From Verrucomicrobiota bacterium (GTDB lineage: Bacteria > Verrucomicrobiota > Verrucomicrobiia > Opitutales > Cerasicoccaceae), in contig JBCBUK010000002.1 of assembly GCA_039818205.1 (NCBI GenBank), forward strand, positions 96,001-160,000: DNA of 64,000 bases. The letters run 5' to 3'. Below are positions 1-10,300 of this stretch, in pieces. The notes below the pieces were generated by a model. That model ran no database searches. It was given only the letters and a program-made list of their open reading frames with translations, and was not told where the DNA came from. Both the position numbers and the translations under genes were made by a program. Each line of letters starts with the position of its first letter. Position 1 is the first letter of the stretch.

Positions 1-37
1 GGATACCTGCGATTACGAGGCCGATGATTGCTAACAT
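1..37 (-). CDS. 5' end of a membrane protein running off the window edge (MLAIIGLVIAGI...), possibly a small NfeD-family protein
   Basis: ATG at 37 on the minus strand followed by a hydrophobic run; co-oriented with the upstream NfeD gene. Only 12 codons are visible. Confidence 0.4.
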   Translation of the reverse strand, partial: MLAIIGLVIAGI

Positions 38-66
38 AGCTTAAAAGAGTGTGATTGAGATTGATG

Positions 67-480
67 TTAGTTCGTTTTCACGAGAGGTGGCGACATCGAA
101 ATATTAGATAAATACGTCGGGATAAATTGTCCCACCATTGCAACGCTGGCGTAAAAGAAGACATCGAGGTGTTGCGGGAAGAGGAAGATACCAAAGAACG
201 CCAATGATTCACCAATCGCGCAGCCGGTGATCAGGAGCGGCAGAAGTTGCTGGAAGGTTTTCGCTTTAGGGACGAAGGTCCAACGGATGGCGGTCGAAAT
301 TAACACCGGCAGGATCAAAAAAACCAAAACAGCGATGCTGATCGTTCCCCCTGTGTTGACCACTTCTGGGTCAGACGTTTTATCGAGGAGGAAAAAGCGG
401 TAGACGAATAGGCTCGAAAACAAACCATACCAGATGACCCAGACGGGCAGCTTTGGGGATACTGTTTGGGGTTGCTGCAT
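67..480 (-). CDS. hypothetical integral membrane protein (about 4 TM segments)
   Basis: 137-aa ORF with several hydrophobic stretches; starts 5 bp after the NfeD stop. Confidence 0.7.
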   Translation of the reverse strand: MQQPQTVSPKLPVWVIWYGLFSSLFVYRFFLLDKTSDPEVVNTGGTISIAVLVFLILPVLISTAIRWTFVPKAKTFQQLLPLLITGCAIGESLAFFGIFLFPQHLDVFFYASVAMVGQFIPTYLSNISMSPPLVKTN

Positions 481-485
481 AGAAC

Positions 486-2054
486 TTAGATGGCCTTTAC
501 AATGAGGGAGAAATCACGACGCTCGATAACCTCGACCTGCGCGCCCTTATCGAGCGAGCCGATGTTGAGCCGCGCTTGAAAGAGGCGGCCGCCGATGTCG
601 ATTTGGCCACCGGGGTGCAGGTCGGTAATCGCTTGTCCACGTGTGCCGGGTTCAGGCAGGGCGCTGCCCTTTTCCTCGTCAATCGAACGCCCACCCGATT
701 CAAGAACGGACGCTTCGTCACCAACGTTGGAGGACAGAATAATGCCGCCATGGAACCAGCGCTTGGGCACAAACTTTAAGAGGGCAATGACGCCGAGGAA
801 GGTAATCAGGAATCCCCACGCGAGTTGGCCAACGGGTTCATAAAAGACCTTTGGCGAAATCTCAAAACCGTCGCTGCCCTCGGGCCAGATGTCGGCCATT
901 GCCCAGAGTAATGAGCCAACGACGAGCAAAGCGCCGAGCAGGCCGGATATGAGGGTTCCCGGAATCAAAAATATCTCGACCCCAATCAGGATGACTCCAA
1001 CGACGAAGAAGAGGATCTCTTCATGCCCGGCGAGGCCTGCAAAGTAGTTGCTGGTGAAGACGAGCAAGAGCATGCAGGCACCGGCCATGCCGAGAACACC
1101 GAACGTTGGTGTCTGAGCCTCGAAATAGAGCAGGAGAATGCCGAGGCCGAGCAGGACTGGAGAGATCGTTTGAAACCATTTTGCGAGGTTTTCGCTCCAC
1201 GTGACTTCAAAGGTTTTGATCTGATAGTTACCCGCGCCCAGTTTTTGAGTGAGCAGATCATCGATATCCTCGGCGATACCGTCGGCCAAAAGTGGTTGTG
1301 GCGGGGTGCCGTAGAGCGCGTAGGCTTCCGCTGCGGTCAACGATAGGAGCTCTCCCTCGCGCTTGATGATTTTATTGTCAATAACGAGCTCGAAATTCGG
1401 ATCCATCATCGCCCGGAGAACATCTGACCGGTAGCGGTAGTCTTCTTTGTCAAATGTGCGGATTTTTGCGCGCAAATAGCTGTCGAGCTTGCGCTGCATA
1501 GACTCCGGGATGTCCTGTCCGCCACCGGCAACCGCCTCGGCTGCTCCGATAATGGCTTTCGGGGCCATCCAGATGTGGTCTGTGGCCACGGAAATGTAGG
1601 AACCTGCCGACATGGCCTCAGAATTCACGAAAGTCATTGATTGGCCGTTGAATTTATCTAGCGCCTCCATCATTTCGAGGGTCACATTGAGTGCTCCACC
1701 CGGTGTATCCATATCGATTAGGACGATCTCCACGTCGTTGGCGATGGCCTCTTTGAGCGCGCGGCGCAAAATGAATAACTGAGGATCAGTAATTGGACCT
1801 TCAATTGGGACCACATAGACGTCCCATCCGCCTTCGGGGGCTTCTGGAATGACGCGTGTCGCCCGATCGTCGGAGGAGCCAAGTTCGTTGGCGGCCTCGG
1901 TGACCTCGGCGTCGGTTGCTTCCGCCGTCTCCTCTTCTTGGGACTCGGCATTGGGGTCCAGGCGAGATGCCAGCAAGGGCAACGCGGCGCTGAGGATGAT
2001 GAGCATCATCCCAATAAAAGCAGGCCAAGATAGAGGTCGTTTCATGGTTCTCAC
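486..2054 (-). CDS. NfeD-family membrane-bound ClpP-class serine protease (YqeZ/NfeD1-like)
   Basis: Signal/TM segment, MDTPGG, AMSAGSYI (catalytic Ser), IGAAE, a multi-TM middle and a C-terminal OB-fold (GQAITDLHPGGQIDIGG). Confidence 0.9.
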   Translation of the reverse strand: MRTMKRPLSWPAFIGMMLIILSAALPLLASRLDPNAESQEEETAEATDAEVTEAANELGSSDDRATRVIPEAPEGGWDVYVVPIEGPITDPQLFILRRALKEAIANDVEIVLIDMDTPGGALNVTLEMMEALDKFNGQSMTFVNSEAMSAGSYISVATDHIWMAPKAIIGAAEAVAGGGQDIPESMQRKLDSYLRAKIRTFDKEDYRYRSDVLRAMMDPNFELVIDNKIIKREGELLSLTAAEAYALYGTPPQPLLADGIAEDIDDLLTQKLGAGNYQIKTFEVTWSENLAKWFQTISPVLLGLGILLLYFEAQTPTFGVLGMAGACMLLLVFTSNYFAGLAGHEEILFFVVGVILIGVEIFLIPGTLISGLLGALLVVGSLLWAMADIWPEGSDGFEISPKVFYEPVGQLAWGFLITFLGVIALLKFVPKRWFHGGIILSSNVGDEASVLESGGRSIDEEKGSALPEPGTRGQAITDLHPGGQIDIGGRLFQARLNIGSLDKGAQVEVIERRDFSLIVKAI

Positions 2055-2212
2055 AATAATGTATCAGTATGCATTGCCTAGAGACAATTACAATGCGCGG
2101 TGTGTTTTGGAATGGACTTGTGGGCGCTTTGTAACGGCCCGTTGACATTTAATTTTTTAAATACCGATCATTAGCGTTGGCAAAATCGAAAGGACGCGCT
2201 CAGTCTAATGGC

Positions 2213-3133
2213 ATGGAAGTGATCGATTTTCAAGGGCATCAAATCCGCAAATGGACGATTGGCGCATCGACATTCTTGGCCTATCCGGAGGCGGGCGCCC
2301 GCCTGATGAACTGGCACCTGCACATGGCCGACGGTTCATTTCGAGATGTGATCCATTGGCCCGAGGATGCCGACTTGAGCAACATTGCCAAGGTGCGGGG
2401 CGGGAATCCCATTCTATTTCCTTTTGCGGCACGGACTTATTGCGAGGGTGAAATCGAATTTTGGAAGGCTCAGGATGGGGTAAAACGCCCGATGAAAACT
2501 CATGGCTATGTGCGCCAGGGAAGTTTTGCGTTGGAATCCTTTCATGACAAAGGATTCCTTGCGAAGTTCCTGCCGGACGATGCGGCCCGCGATGCGTACC
2601 CATTCGACTACGAGTTCACTGTCCGCTATCGTTTCGAGCAGTTGGCGTTCTACGTCGATCTGGAGTTGCGCAATCATGAGAATAAGCCGATCCCCTGGTC
2701 AGCGGGCCACCATTTCTACTTTTCCCTACCGTGGCATGATGATTCGACCCGATCAGACTACATGATCTCGACCAGTGCCAAGAAGGCGTTCCGCCACGGA
2801 TCCGATGGAAAGCTCGAGCCGATCAAGAATTTTCCGGAGCCTGCTTCGTTTGGTGACCCCACGATAAACGACTTAATCCGTTCCAAGTTGAAGTCTGGAG
2901 TCGTGCGCTTTGGGCCGAAAGGGGGCGAAGAGGATATCAAGATTTCTATTGGTGATGGATCACGTCCCGATCCGTGGACATCCGTAGTGTCTTGGACGAT
3001 GGCCGATGACAGCCCATTTTATTGCGTTGAGCCATGGATGGGCCCACCCAATAGCCCAGAACATGGAAATGGTTTGCATTACGTTCAGCCGGGTAAGTCT
3101 GAGGTCTTTACGGTGCAAGTCTCGTTGGCCTAG
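2213..3133 (+). CDS. aldose 1-epimerase/galactose mutarotase-like protein
   Basis: RGGNPILFPF, HG, YPFDY, GHHFYF and FYCVEPW motifs. The ORF track starts at TTG 2177; ATG 2213 is preferred. Confidence 0.85.
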   Translation: MEVIDFQGHQIRKWTIGASTFLAYPEAGARLMNWHLHMADGSFRDVIHWPEDADLSNIAKVRGGNPILFPFAARTYCEGEIEFWKAQDGVKRPMKTHGYVRQGSFALESFHDKGFLAKFLPDDAARDAYPFDYEFTVRYRFEQLAFYVDLELRNHENKPIPWSAGHHFYFSLPWHDDSTRSDYMISTSAKKAFRHGSDGKLEPIKNFPEPASFGDPTINDLIRSKLKSGVVRFGPKGGEEDIKISIGDGSRPDPWTSVVSWTMADDSPFYCVEPWMGPPNSPEHGNGLHYVQPGKSEVFTVQVSLA

Positions 3134-3159
3134 CGGATAAATTTGAACAACTCTTTCGT

Positions 3160-3852
3160 ATGAATCGACGGACGCTCAAAAACTGCCTGCATTTCCTGAT
3201 TGGCCTTGGTGGTATTGGGTTGGTGGCCTTGGTGAGCGTGTTGCTAATCGCGCGGGGCAAAGTCCAAGGCGCTGCGGAGGGCCAGGTATTTCACCTAGTT
3301 GAGAAGACTCCGAAATCTCAAATCGGAGTTGTGCTGGGTACGTCACCAGTACTTCCTGATGGACGCGCCAATCTCTATTTTCAATACCGCATGGACGCAA
3401 CCGCGGCCCTTTACCATGCGGGTAAGATTGAGTGGGTCCTTGCTAGTGGAGCCAATCCGGTTTCCCACTACGACGAAAGCACGGCGATGCGTCAGGCATT
3501 GGTTGAACGGGGAGTGCCTGAAGAGCGAATTTTTCGAGATTTTGCGGGATTCCGAACGCTCGATTCTATTGTTCGCGCGAAGGAGGTTTTCCAGATCGAT
3601 TCGTTCTTGGTAATTTCACAGGATTTCCATGTGCGGCGGGCAATATATTTGGGGCAAGCCCATGATATCGACGTTGTGGGATTCGCGGCTCGGGATGTGC
3701 CAGCGGTCGTCGGACTCAAGACCATGGTTCGTGAAGAGCTAGCGCGGGTGAAGGCCGTGCTTGATGTGACGGTGCTTCGGACTGAACCAAAGTTCCTTGG
3801 CCCTCCCGTTCACCTTGCGATGAATGAGCCAGCGACTGGTTCACCCGATTAA
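3160..3852 (+). CDS. sanA: SanA/YdcF (ElyC, DUF218) family protein
   Basis: N-terminal TM, VVLGT, DFAGFRTLDSIVRAKEVF, ISQDFHVRRA, RE.LARVKA. Confidence 0.85.
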   Translation: MNRRTLKNCLHFLIGLGGIGLVALVSVLLIARGKVQGAAEGQVFHLVEKTPKSQIGVVLGTSPVLPDGRANLYFQYRMDATAALYHAGKIEWVLASGANPVSHYDESTAMRQALVERGVPEERIFRDFAGFRTLDSIVRAKEVFQIDSFLVISQDFHVRRAIYLGQAHDIDVVGFAARDVPAVVGLKTMVREELARVKAVLDVTVLRTEPKFLGPPVHLAMNEPATGSPD

Positions 3853-5483
3853 ACGGGGCAGGCGTTCTGCCGGAGAGCCTCTTCGAGCAAAGCGATGTCA
3901 AACGGCTTGTGGCAGACGGTGATGTGCTGGGTGGATGCGACGCCCAACCGTTTTTTGGCCTCATCTGGGCTATGCCCGGTTATTGCGATGAGCGCGAGAT
4001 CTGGGTTGCGTTCTAGGAGATCGCAAAAGACTTCCTCGGAGTTCGATCCAGGCATGGTGATGTCGACCATAGCAACTTGAATCTCCTCCGAATGGGCACT
4101 ATGGATTTCCATCGCCTGGTTGCCGTCCTCAGCGATGTATACGCGGTAACCAAGCTGATCGAAGTAGGCGTAGAGCCAATTGCGCATGTTCGGCTCGTCA
4201 TCGGCAATCAGGACGGCGGGCGCTTCGCGTCCCCACGCAGTTGGCTTGCGTTTGGTGTTTGTCGTCTTCGGTTCGGGTTCTTTTTCGCTAATGGGGAAGT
4301 AAGCTCGGAAGCGTGAGCCTTGATCAACTTCAGTATCGATAAACAAGGCTCCGCGGTGGTTGTTGATGACTCCCAAAACGGCGGATAGACCGAGCCCACG
4401 ACCATCGAACTTCGTGGTATAGAATGGATCAAAAACAAGTTTGATTTTGTCCTCAGGGATCCCGCATCCATTATCCTCGACTTCAAACCAGGCGTAGTTG
4501 CCCGGTTTGGCTCGTTCACCCCAGCAGGCTTTTAGGTCGCCGGTGCGCAAGTGCTGCTCTCCGCTGCGGACGGTGATGCGCCCTTTGCCTTCGGGGAGTG
4601 CCTCGGAGGCATTGGTGAGAAAGTTCAGTAAGACTTGGCGTACCTGGGAAATGTCGGCCTCGATCAATCGATTCTGGTTGTCCAATTGGATGTCCATCGC
4701 AATTGAGCGGTCGACACTGACCCGAATGAAATTGGAAAGATCTTTGGCGATGTCCTCGATATAAAATAGCGTCTTGTCGACGTTCGCCTGACCCGCATAG
4801 GCGAGCATCTGTTTGCAAAGGTCGCTTCCCCGCCGGCAACCTTTGATCACATTCTCCATGTAGCGGGATACCGACTCATGCGGCAGTTCGGCTCGTTGGC
4901 AAAGCTCGGCATAGCCCATGATCGCGCCCAATATGTTATTGAAATCGTGAGCGATCCCACCGGTCAGCACGCCGAGGCTTTCCAGCTTTTGGGTATGCAT
5001 TTGCGATAGACGCACTTCTTCAAGTTCATGCTGCAGGCGGTGGCGCTCCATCGCATGACGAATGGTTCGCACGAGCGGTGCGGGTTGAAGTTCGTTCTTG
5101 CACAGGTAGTCTTGCGCTCCCTCGCGGACCGCGTGCAGCGCAAGTTGTTCGTCTTGCATTCCCGAGAGGATGATGACCGGTGTTTCACCACAAAACTCTG
5201 TCATCTTTTCAATGGTGCTCACACCGGCAGCATCGGGTAAGGTAAGGTCCAGGAGAATGACTTCGATTTCGCCGCCAGCGATAATCTCCATGGCCTCGGC
5301 AAGGGTGGAAGCGGTGCTATATTGAAAGTTCTGGGATTCCGCAGCATCCCGGAGTAGTTCTTGCACGAGGAATACATCCCCTGGATTGTCATCGACCAGT
5401 AGCAGGTGGATCGTCTCTGCTGGGATGCCCGACTTTGTTGGACAGCCAGCCGCGATGCTTTTGGCGACTCCTGATTGATTCAT
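3849..5483 (-). CDS. hybrid sensor kinase (receiver-HisKA-HATPase-receiver)
   Basis: N-terminal REC (VDDNP...LLDLTLPD), H-box GGIAHDFNN, N-box QVLLNFLTNA, DNGCGI, FDPFYTTK, GRGLGL, C-terminal REC (ADDE...VDITMPG). Confidence 0.95.
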   Translation of the reverse strand: MNQSGVAKSIAAGCPTKSGIPAETIHLLLVDDNPGDVFLVQELLRDAAESQNFQYSTASTLAEAMEIIAGGEIEVILLDLTLPDAAGVSTIEKMTEFCGETPVIILSGMQDEQLALHAVREGAQDYLCKNELQPAPLVRTIRHAMERHRLQHELEEVRLSQMHTQKLESLGVLTGGIAHDFNNILGAIMGYAELCQRAELPHESVSRYMENVIKGCRRGSDLCKQMLAYAGQANVDKTLFYIEDIAKDLSNFIRVSVDRSIAMDIQLDNQNRLIEADISQVRQVLLNFLTNASEALPEGKGRITVRSGEQHLRTGDLKACWGERAKPGNYAWFEVEDNGCGIPEDKIKLVFDPFYTTKFDGRGLGLSAVLGVINNHRGALFIDTEVDQGSRFRAYFPISEKEPEPKTTNTKRKPTAWGREAPAVLIADDEPNMRNWLYAYFDQLGYRVYIAEDGNQAMEIHSAHSEEIQVAMVDITMPGSNSEEVFCDLLERNPDLALIAITGHSPDEAKKRLGVASTQHITVCHKPFDIALLEEALRQNACPV

Positions 5484-5962
5484 CGTAATGTTTCTTGTGA
5501 TTTGAAATGAGGTAACTTAACGATTTCTATCCAAAATGTGTGAACGGTCTTGATCGCGTCGAGGAATTGATCGAGGTCGACCGGTTTGGTGATGAAGCAG
5601 TTAGCATGTTCGCGGTAGGCTTGGCAGATGTCCGCCTCGTCGGCGGAGGTCGTGAGAATGACAACAGGTATACTCCTTAGATCGTCATCATTCTTAATGA
5701 TCTTAAGGACTTCGCGGCCACTTAGTCCGGGAAGATTGAGGTCGAGTAGCACGATGTCTGGCCGGGGGGCGCCAGCGTGGCTGCCTTCACGCCGCAGGAA
5801 GCTTAAGGCTTCCTCGCCCGTTGAGGCGACGTGCAACTCGTTGAGCAGTTTGTTTTCGGCAAACGCTTCCTGGGTCAGGATGACGTCTCCTGGGTTGTCC
5901 TCGACAAGCAGGACCGTTACGGGGCCGGTTTCATGGTTGTTGGTCATGTCGGAATCGATCAA
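5480..5962 (-). CDS. single-domain response regulator, Rcp1-like
   Basis: LLVEDNPGD, PDIVLLDLNLP, IPVVILTTS, ANCFITKP. Overlaps both neighbours by 4 nt; alternative ATG at 5947. Confidence 0.93.
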   Translation of the reverse strand: MIDSDMTNNHETGPVTVLLVEDNPGDVILTQEAFAENKLLNELHVASTGEEALSFLRREGSHAGAPRPDIVLLDLNLPGLSGREVLKIIKNDDDLRSIPVVILTTSADEADICQAYREHANCFITKPVDLDQFLDAIKTVHTFWIEIVKLPHFKSQETLR

Positions 5963-7119
5963 GTAGATTTGGGAAAGGTGATGTAGAATTGAGTGCCTTT
6001 GCCGGGTTCGCTTTCGACCCGAATACTGCCTCCATGCTGGCCGATGATACGCTTGACCATGGCGAGCCCGATACCGTTGCCTTCGTATTCCTGACGGGTG
6101 TGGAGGCGCTGGAACATGCCGAAAATCCGGTCACAATATTGAGGGTCGAAACCGATGCCGTTGTCGGAGAAGCCAATCTCGTAGTGGCGATCAGTTTCCC
6201 AGACATTGATCTTGATGACCAGTGGCACATCTTGCCGGCGAAACTTGATGGAATTGGCCAACAGGTTTTGAAAGACCTGACTAATCTGGCTGGTAACTCC
6301 GTTGATCACGGGAAGATCACCGTCGAATTCCACCTGGGCTCCGACCTCCTTGATGATGCGTTGGAGGTTGCAAACGACTTCAGCAAAGACGACTGAGCAA
6401 TCGACCGACTCTTTGTTCGCCGCTCTCGTTTTTACGCGTGAGTATTGCAAGAGACCATCGATAAGGGCTTGCATTCGTTGGGCGCCTTCAACCGTGAAGC
6501 GGATGTATTCCTGGCCCCGGTCATCGAGCTTTTCTTTGTAGCGGCGCTGGATCAGCTGCACGAAGCCGGATATCATCCGGAGCGGCTCCTGCAAGTCGTG
6601 GGAGGCGATGAACGCAAATTGCTCCAGCTCCTGGTTCGAGATCTCTAGTTGCTGAGTTTTTTCCTCGAGCTTGATCGCCAGTTTCTGCTGCTCGGTGATG
6701 TCCTTCGAAATCCCGAAAACACCAATTATTTCCCCGTCCTTGTTTCGCCAGGGCATCTTGGTGGTCGCAACCCAGGTATCGGTACGGTCGGGCCAAACCT
6801 CGTGTTCGACCTTGTTGATGATGGGCTCACCGGTTTCGATGATCCGTTGTTCGTCATCAAAGGCGCACTTGGCATGCCTATCAGAAAAGTAGTCAAAATC
6901 AGATTTACCAACGGCCTCAGAGACATCGTTCAGTCCGAAATGGCCTACCATGCCTTGGTTGATTCGGACGAATCGGGAGTCGCGATCCTTAAAGTAAACG
7001 TGATCGGTGATATGGTTCATCAGCGAATCGAGGACCAGTTGGTCAATTTCCGCCGATGGCAGCCCGTTTAGGGAAGCGGGGAGATGGTCTAACTCAACGC
7101 CCTGGGGTGTTGGATTCAT
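5959..7119 (-). CDS. cytoplasmic PAS/PAC sensor histidine kinase (Cph1-type kinase core, no chromophore domain)
   Basis: PAS (VYFKDRDSRF...GKSDFDYF), PAC (GVFGISKDITE), FAFIASHDLQEPLR, QVFQNLLANSIKF, DNGIGF, GIGLA. Confidence 0.93.
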   Translation of the reverse strand: MNPTPQGVELDHLPASLNGLPSAEIDQLVLDSLMNHITDHVYFKDRDSRFVRINQGMVGHFGLNDVSEAVGKSDFDYFSDRHAKCAFDDEQRIIETGEPIINKVEHEVWPDRTDTWVATTKMPWRNKDGEIIGVFGISKDITEQQKLAIKLEEKTQQLEISNQELEQFAFIASHDLQEPLRMISGFVQLIQRRYKEKLDDRGQEYIRFTVEGAQRMQALIDGLLQYSRVKTRAANKESVDCSVVFAEVVCNLQRIIKEVGAQVEFDGDLPVINGVTSQISQVFQNLLANSIKFRRQDVPLVIKINVWETDRHYEIGFSDNGIGFDPQYCDRIFGMFQRLHTRQEYEGNGIGLAMVKRIIGQHGGSIRVESEPGKGTQFYITFPKST

Positions 7120-7332
7120 GTCGCTTATAAAATATACCTCCTAGCTTTTTTCAACATTTTTACACTACTGGTTATCCCTCATTGCCTGACTACAGGGTGC
7201 GTCGTAGGCGAAAGCGGCCTTTTGGCCTTGTTCAAGAATGGTTTGTGACACTATGGATTCTGCAGGCTTTGCTATCAGAAATGCTTGCTTAGTGAAAAAT
7301 TAATGTTAGAAAAACTAATCATAGGCTCAATT

Positions 7333-10300
7333 ATGAATAAGCCCCTATCATTCTCCATTACAGATGCCAATGAGGCCGCTGCCTCGGTTGCTTACCGACT
7401 CAGCGAAAACATCGCCATCTATCCGATCACACCCTCAACGCCCATGGCGGAGCTATCCGATGAATGGTCGCAGGCCAAGGAACCCAATCTTTGGGGCGAT
7501 GTTCCAACCGTTGTGCAGATGCAAAGTGAAGGCGGCGTTGCCGGTGCGCTTCACGGTGCGCTGACCGCGGGCACCCTCGCGACTAGTTTTACTGCGTCGC
7601 AGGGGCTGCTGTTAATGATCCCGAATCTATATAAAATGGCTGGAGAGCTTACGCCCTTCGTTTTGCATGTTACCGCTCGGAGCCTGGCCACGCATGCCCT
7701 GTCCATTTTTGGAGACCATTCAGATGTGATGTCCTGCCGGCAGACTGGCTTTGCAATGCTTTGCTCGAACAGTGTGCAGGAAGCCCAGGATCTCGCCGCC
7801 ATTTCGCATGCGGCGACTTTGGAGAGTCGGGTGCCATTCATGCACTTTTTTGATGGTTTTCGGACCTCGCATGAGATCAACACCTACGAGCCGCTCAGCA
7901 ATGAGGTGTTGGAAGCGTTGGTCGATACTGAGGCCTTGCATGAGTTTCACCGACGGGGCTTGACGCCCGACGCACCGGCGATTCGCGGAACGGCTCAGAA
8001 TCCAGATGTCTTTTTTCAGGCCCGTGAGGCGGTGAATCCTTACTATGAGGCCTTGCCCGGAAAGGTATTGGCTGTGATGCAGCGCTTTGGGACCTTAACA
8101 GGACGCAGCTACCATCCATTCGAGTATTACGGCGCCGAGGACGCCACCGACGTCATTATTGTCATGGGATCGGCCGCAGAGACCTGCCGTTTGGTCTCGA
8201 ATCGCTTGAACAAAGCCGGAGGGAAAACGGGCGTCTTGGTGGTCCGCCTTTATCGGCCCTGGTCCATGGGATTTTTCTTGAGCAAACTACCGCGGTCGGT
8301 TGAACGCATTTGCGTGCTCGACCGGACGAAAGAGCCGGGTGCGCTGGGCGAGCCACTCTATTTAGATGTCTGCAGTACCCTGCATGAGTCCCGGGCCCTC
8401 GGACAACTGACGAGCGATCCAGTCGTCGTCGGTGGTCGCTATGGCCTGGGCAGCAAGGAGTTCAGCCCGGCCATGGTAAACTCAATCTTCGAAAATCTCG
8501 CCCAGCCGGAGCCCAAGAATCATTTTACGGTTGGCATCGTGGACGATGTTACTCGGCATTCGTTGCCGATCGACGAATCGTATCGAATCGATCTGGATAA
8601 CTTCTCCGCAGTGTTTATTGGATTGGGCAGCGATGGCACCGTTGGGGCCAACAAGAACACGATCAAGATCATTGGGAACGAAACGGACAACTTCGCCCAA
8701 GCGTATTTTGTTTACGACAGCAAGAAGAGTGGTGCGATGACGGTGAGTCACTTGCGCTTCGGCCCCAATGAGATTCGGGCGCCATTCCTTATCCAGAGTG
8801 CCAATTTTGTCGGCGTCCACCAATGGCAGTTCGTCAACAAGGTGAACGTGCTAAAGTATGCTCACGTGGGGGCCACGATATTGATCAATTCGCCGTTCGC
8901 CCCGGAAAAGGTTTGGGCCAAGCTGCCGCGCGAAGTGCAGGAATCAATCATCGAGAAGGGGCTGCAGCTCTACGTAATCGATGCCTACTCGGTAGCACGC
9001 AAGGCTGGCATGGGTGGGCGGACCAATACGATTATGCAAACGTGCTTCTTTGCCATCTCCGGCATTTTGCCGCGCGAAGAGGCCATTGCGAAAATCAAAA
9101 CTTCGATCGAGAAAACCTATGCTCGGAAGGGACCTGCCATTGTTGAGAAGAATTTTGCTGCCGTCGATTTGGCGTTGGACTCACTTTATTTGGTGGATCT
9201 GCCCGCATCGGCGACCACGGAGTTGACTCTGCCCCCTCCGGTTGCTCCCGAGGCTCCGGAGTTTGTGCAGCGGGTTACCGGCGTGATGCTTGCTGGCGAG
9301 GGGGATCGTCTGCCAGTTTCGGCCTTCCCGGTTGACGGGACCTGGCCATGTGCGACGAGCCAATGGGAGAAGCGCAACATCGCGAAGGAGATTCCGGTTT
9401 GGGATCCCGATGTCTGTATTCAGTGTGGTAAATGTGCCTTGGTTTGCCCGCATGCGACTATCCGTTGCAAGCACTACCCAGAAAGCGCTCTGGATGAGGC
9501 TCCCGATGACTTCCTTTCAGCGGTGTTCAAAGATCGGAAGATCGAGGGGCATCGTTATTCGATTCAAGTGGCTCCCGAGGATTGCACGGGGTGCGGCCTT
9601 TGTGTCACGGCTTGCCCAGCGAAGAACAAGGCGAACCCGCGCCGTAAAGCCATCAATCTCGAAGCACACAAAGAGACGATTGATCGGGAGCGCCAGCGTT
9701 GGGACTTCTTCCAAGAGTTACCCCGACCAGAACGAACGGCTCTGGGTCTTAGCACTCGCGATACCCAGCTGCGGGAACCGTTGTTCGAATTCTCGGGTGC
9801 TTGCGCTGGTTGTGGCGAAACGCCCTATCTTAAGTTACTCACCCAGCTGTTTGGTGATCGCTTGATGATCGCCAACGCAACGGGCTGCTCGTCGATCTAT
9901 GGGGGCAACCTTCCGACAACGCCCTATTGCACGGATGAGAATGGACGGGGACCAGCCTGGAGCAATTCCTTGTTTGAGGACAACGCGGAGTTTGCCCTTG
10001 GGATGCGGCTCGCCGTCGACAAGAAAACCGAGATAGCCCGCTCACTCTTGGAAGCTTTGGCGCCCCAATTGGGTGATACCTTGGTCCGCGAGATTTTGAT
10101 GAGCCATCAGCGGGATGAGCTCGCGATCTTAGCGCAACGTGATCGCGTTTCCGAGTTGCAGCGGAAGTTGAATCATATGGACAATCCGTCGGCAAAGCGC
10201 CTGCTCACATTTTCGGATTTCTTAGTCGAGAAAAGCGTTTGGGGTGTCGGCGGCGATGGTTGGGCTTATGATATCGGCTTTGGCGGTTTGGATCATGTGC

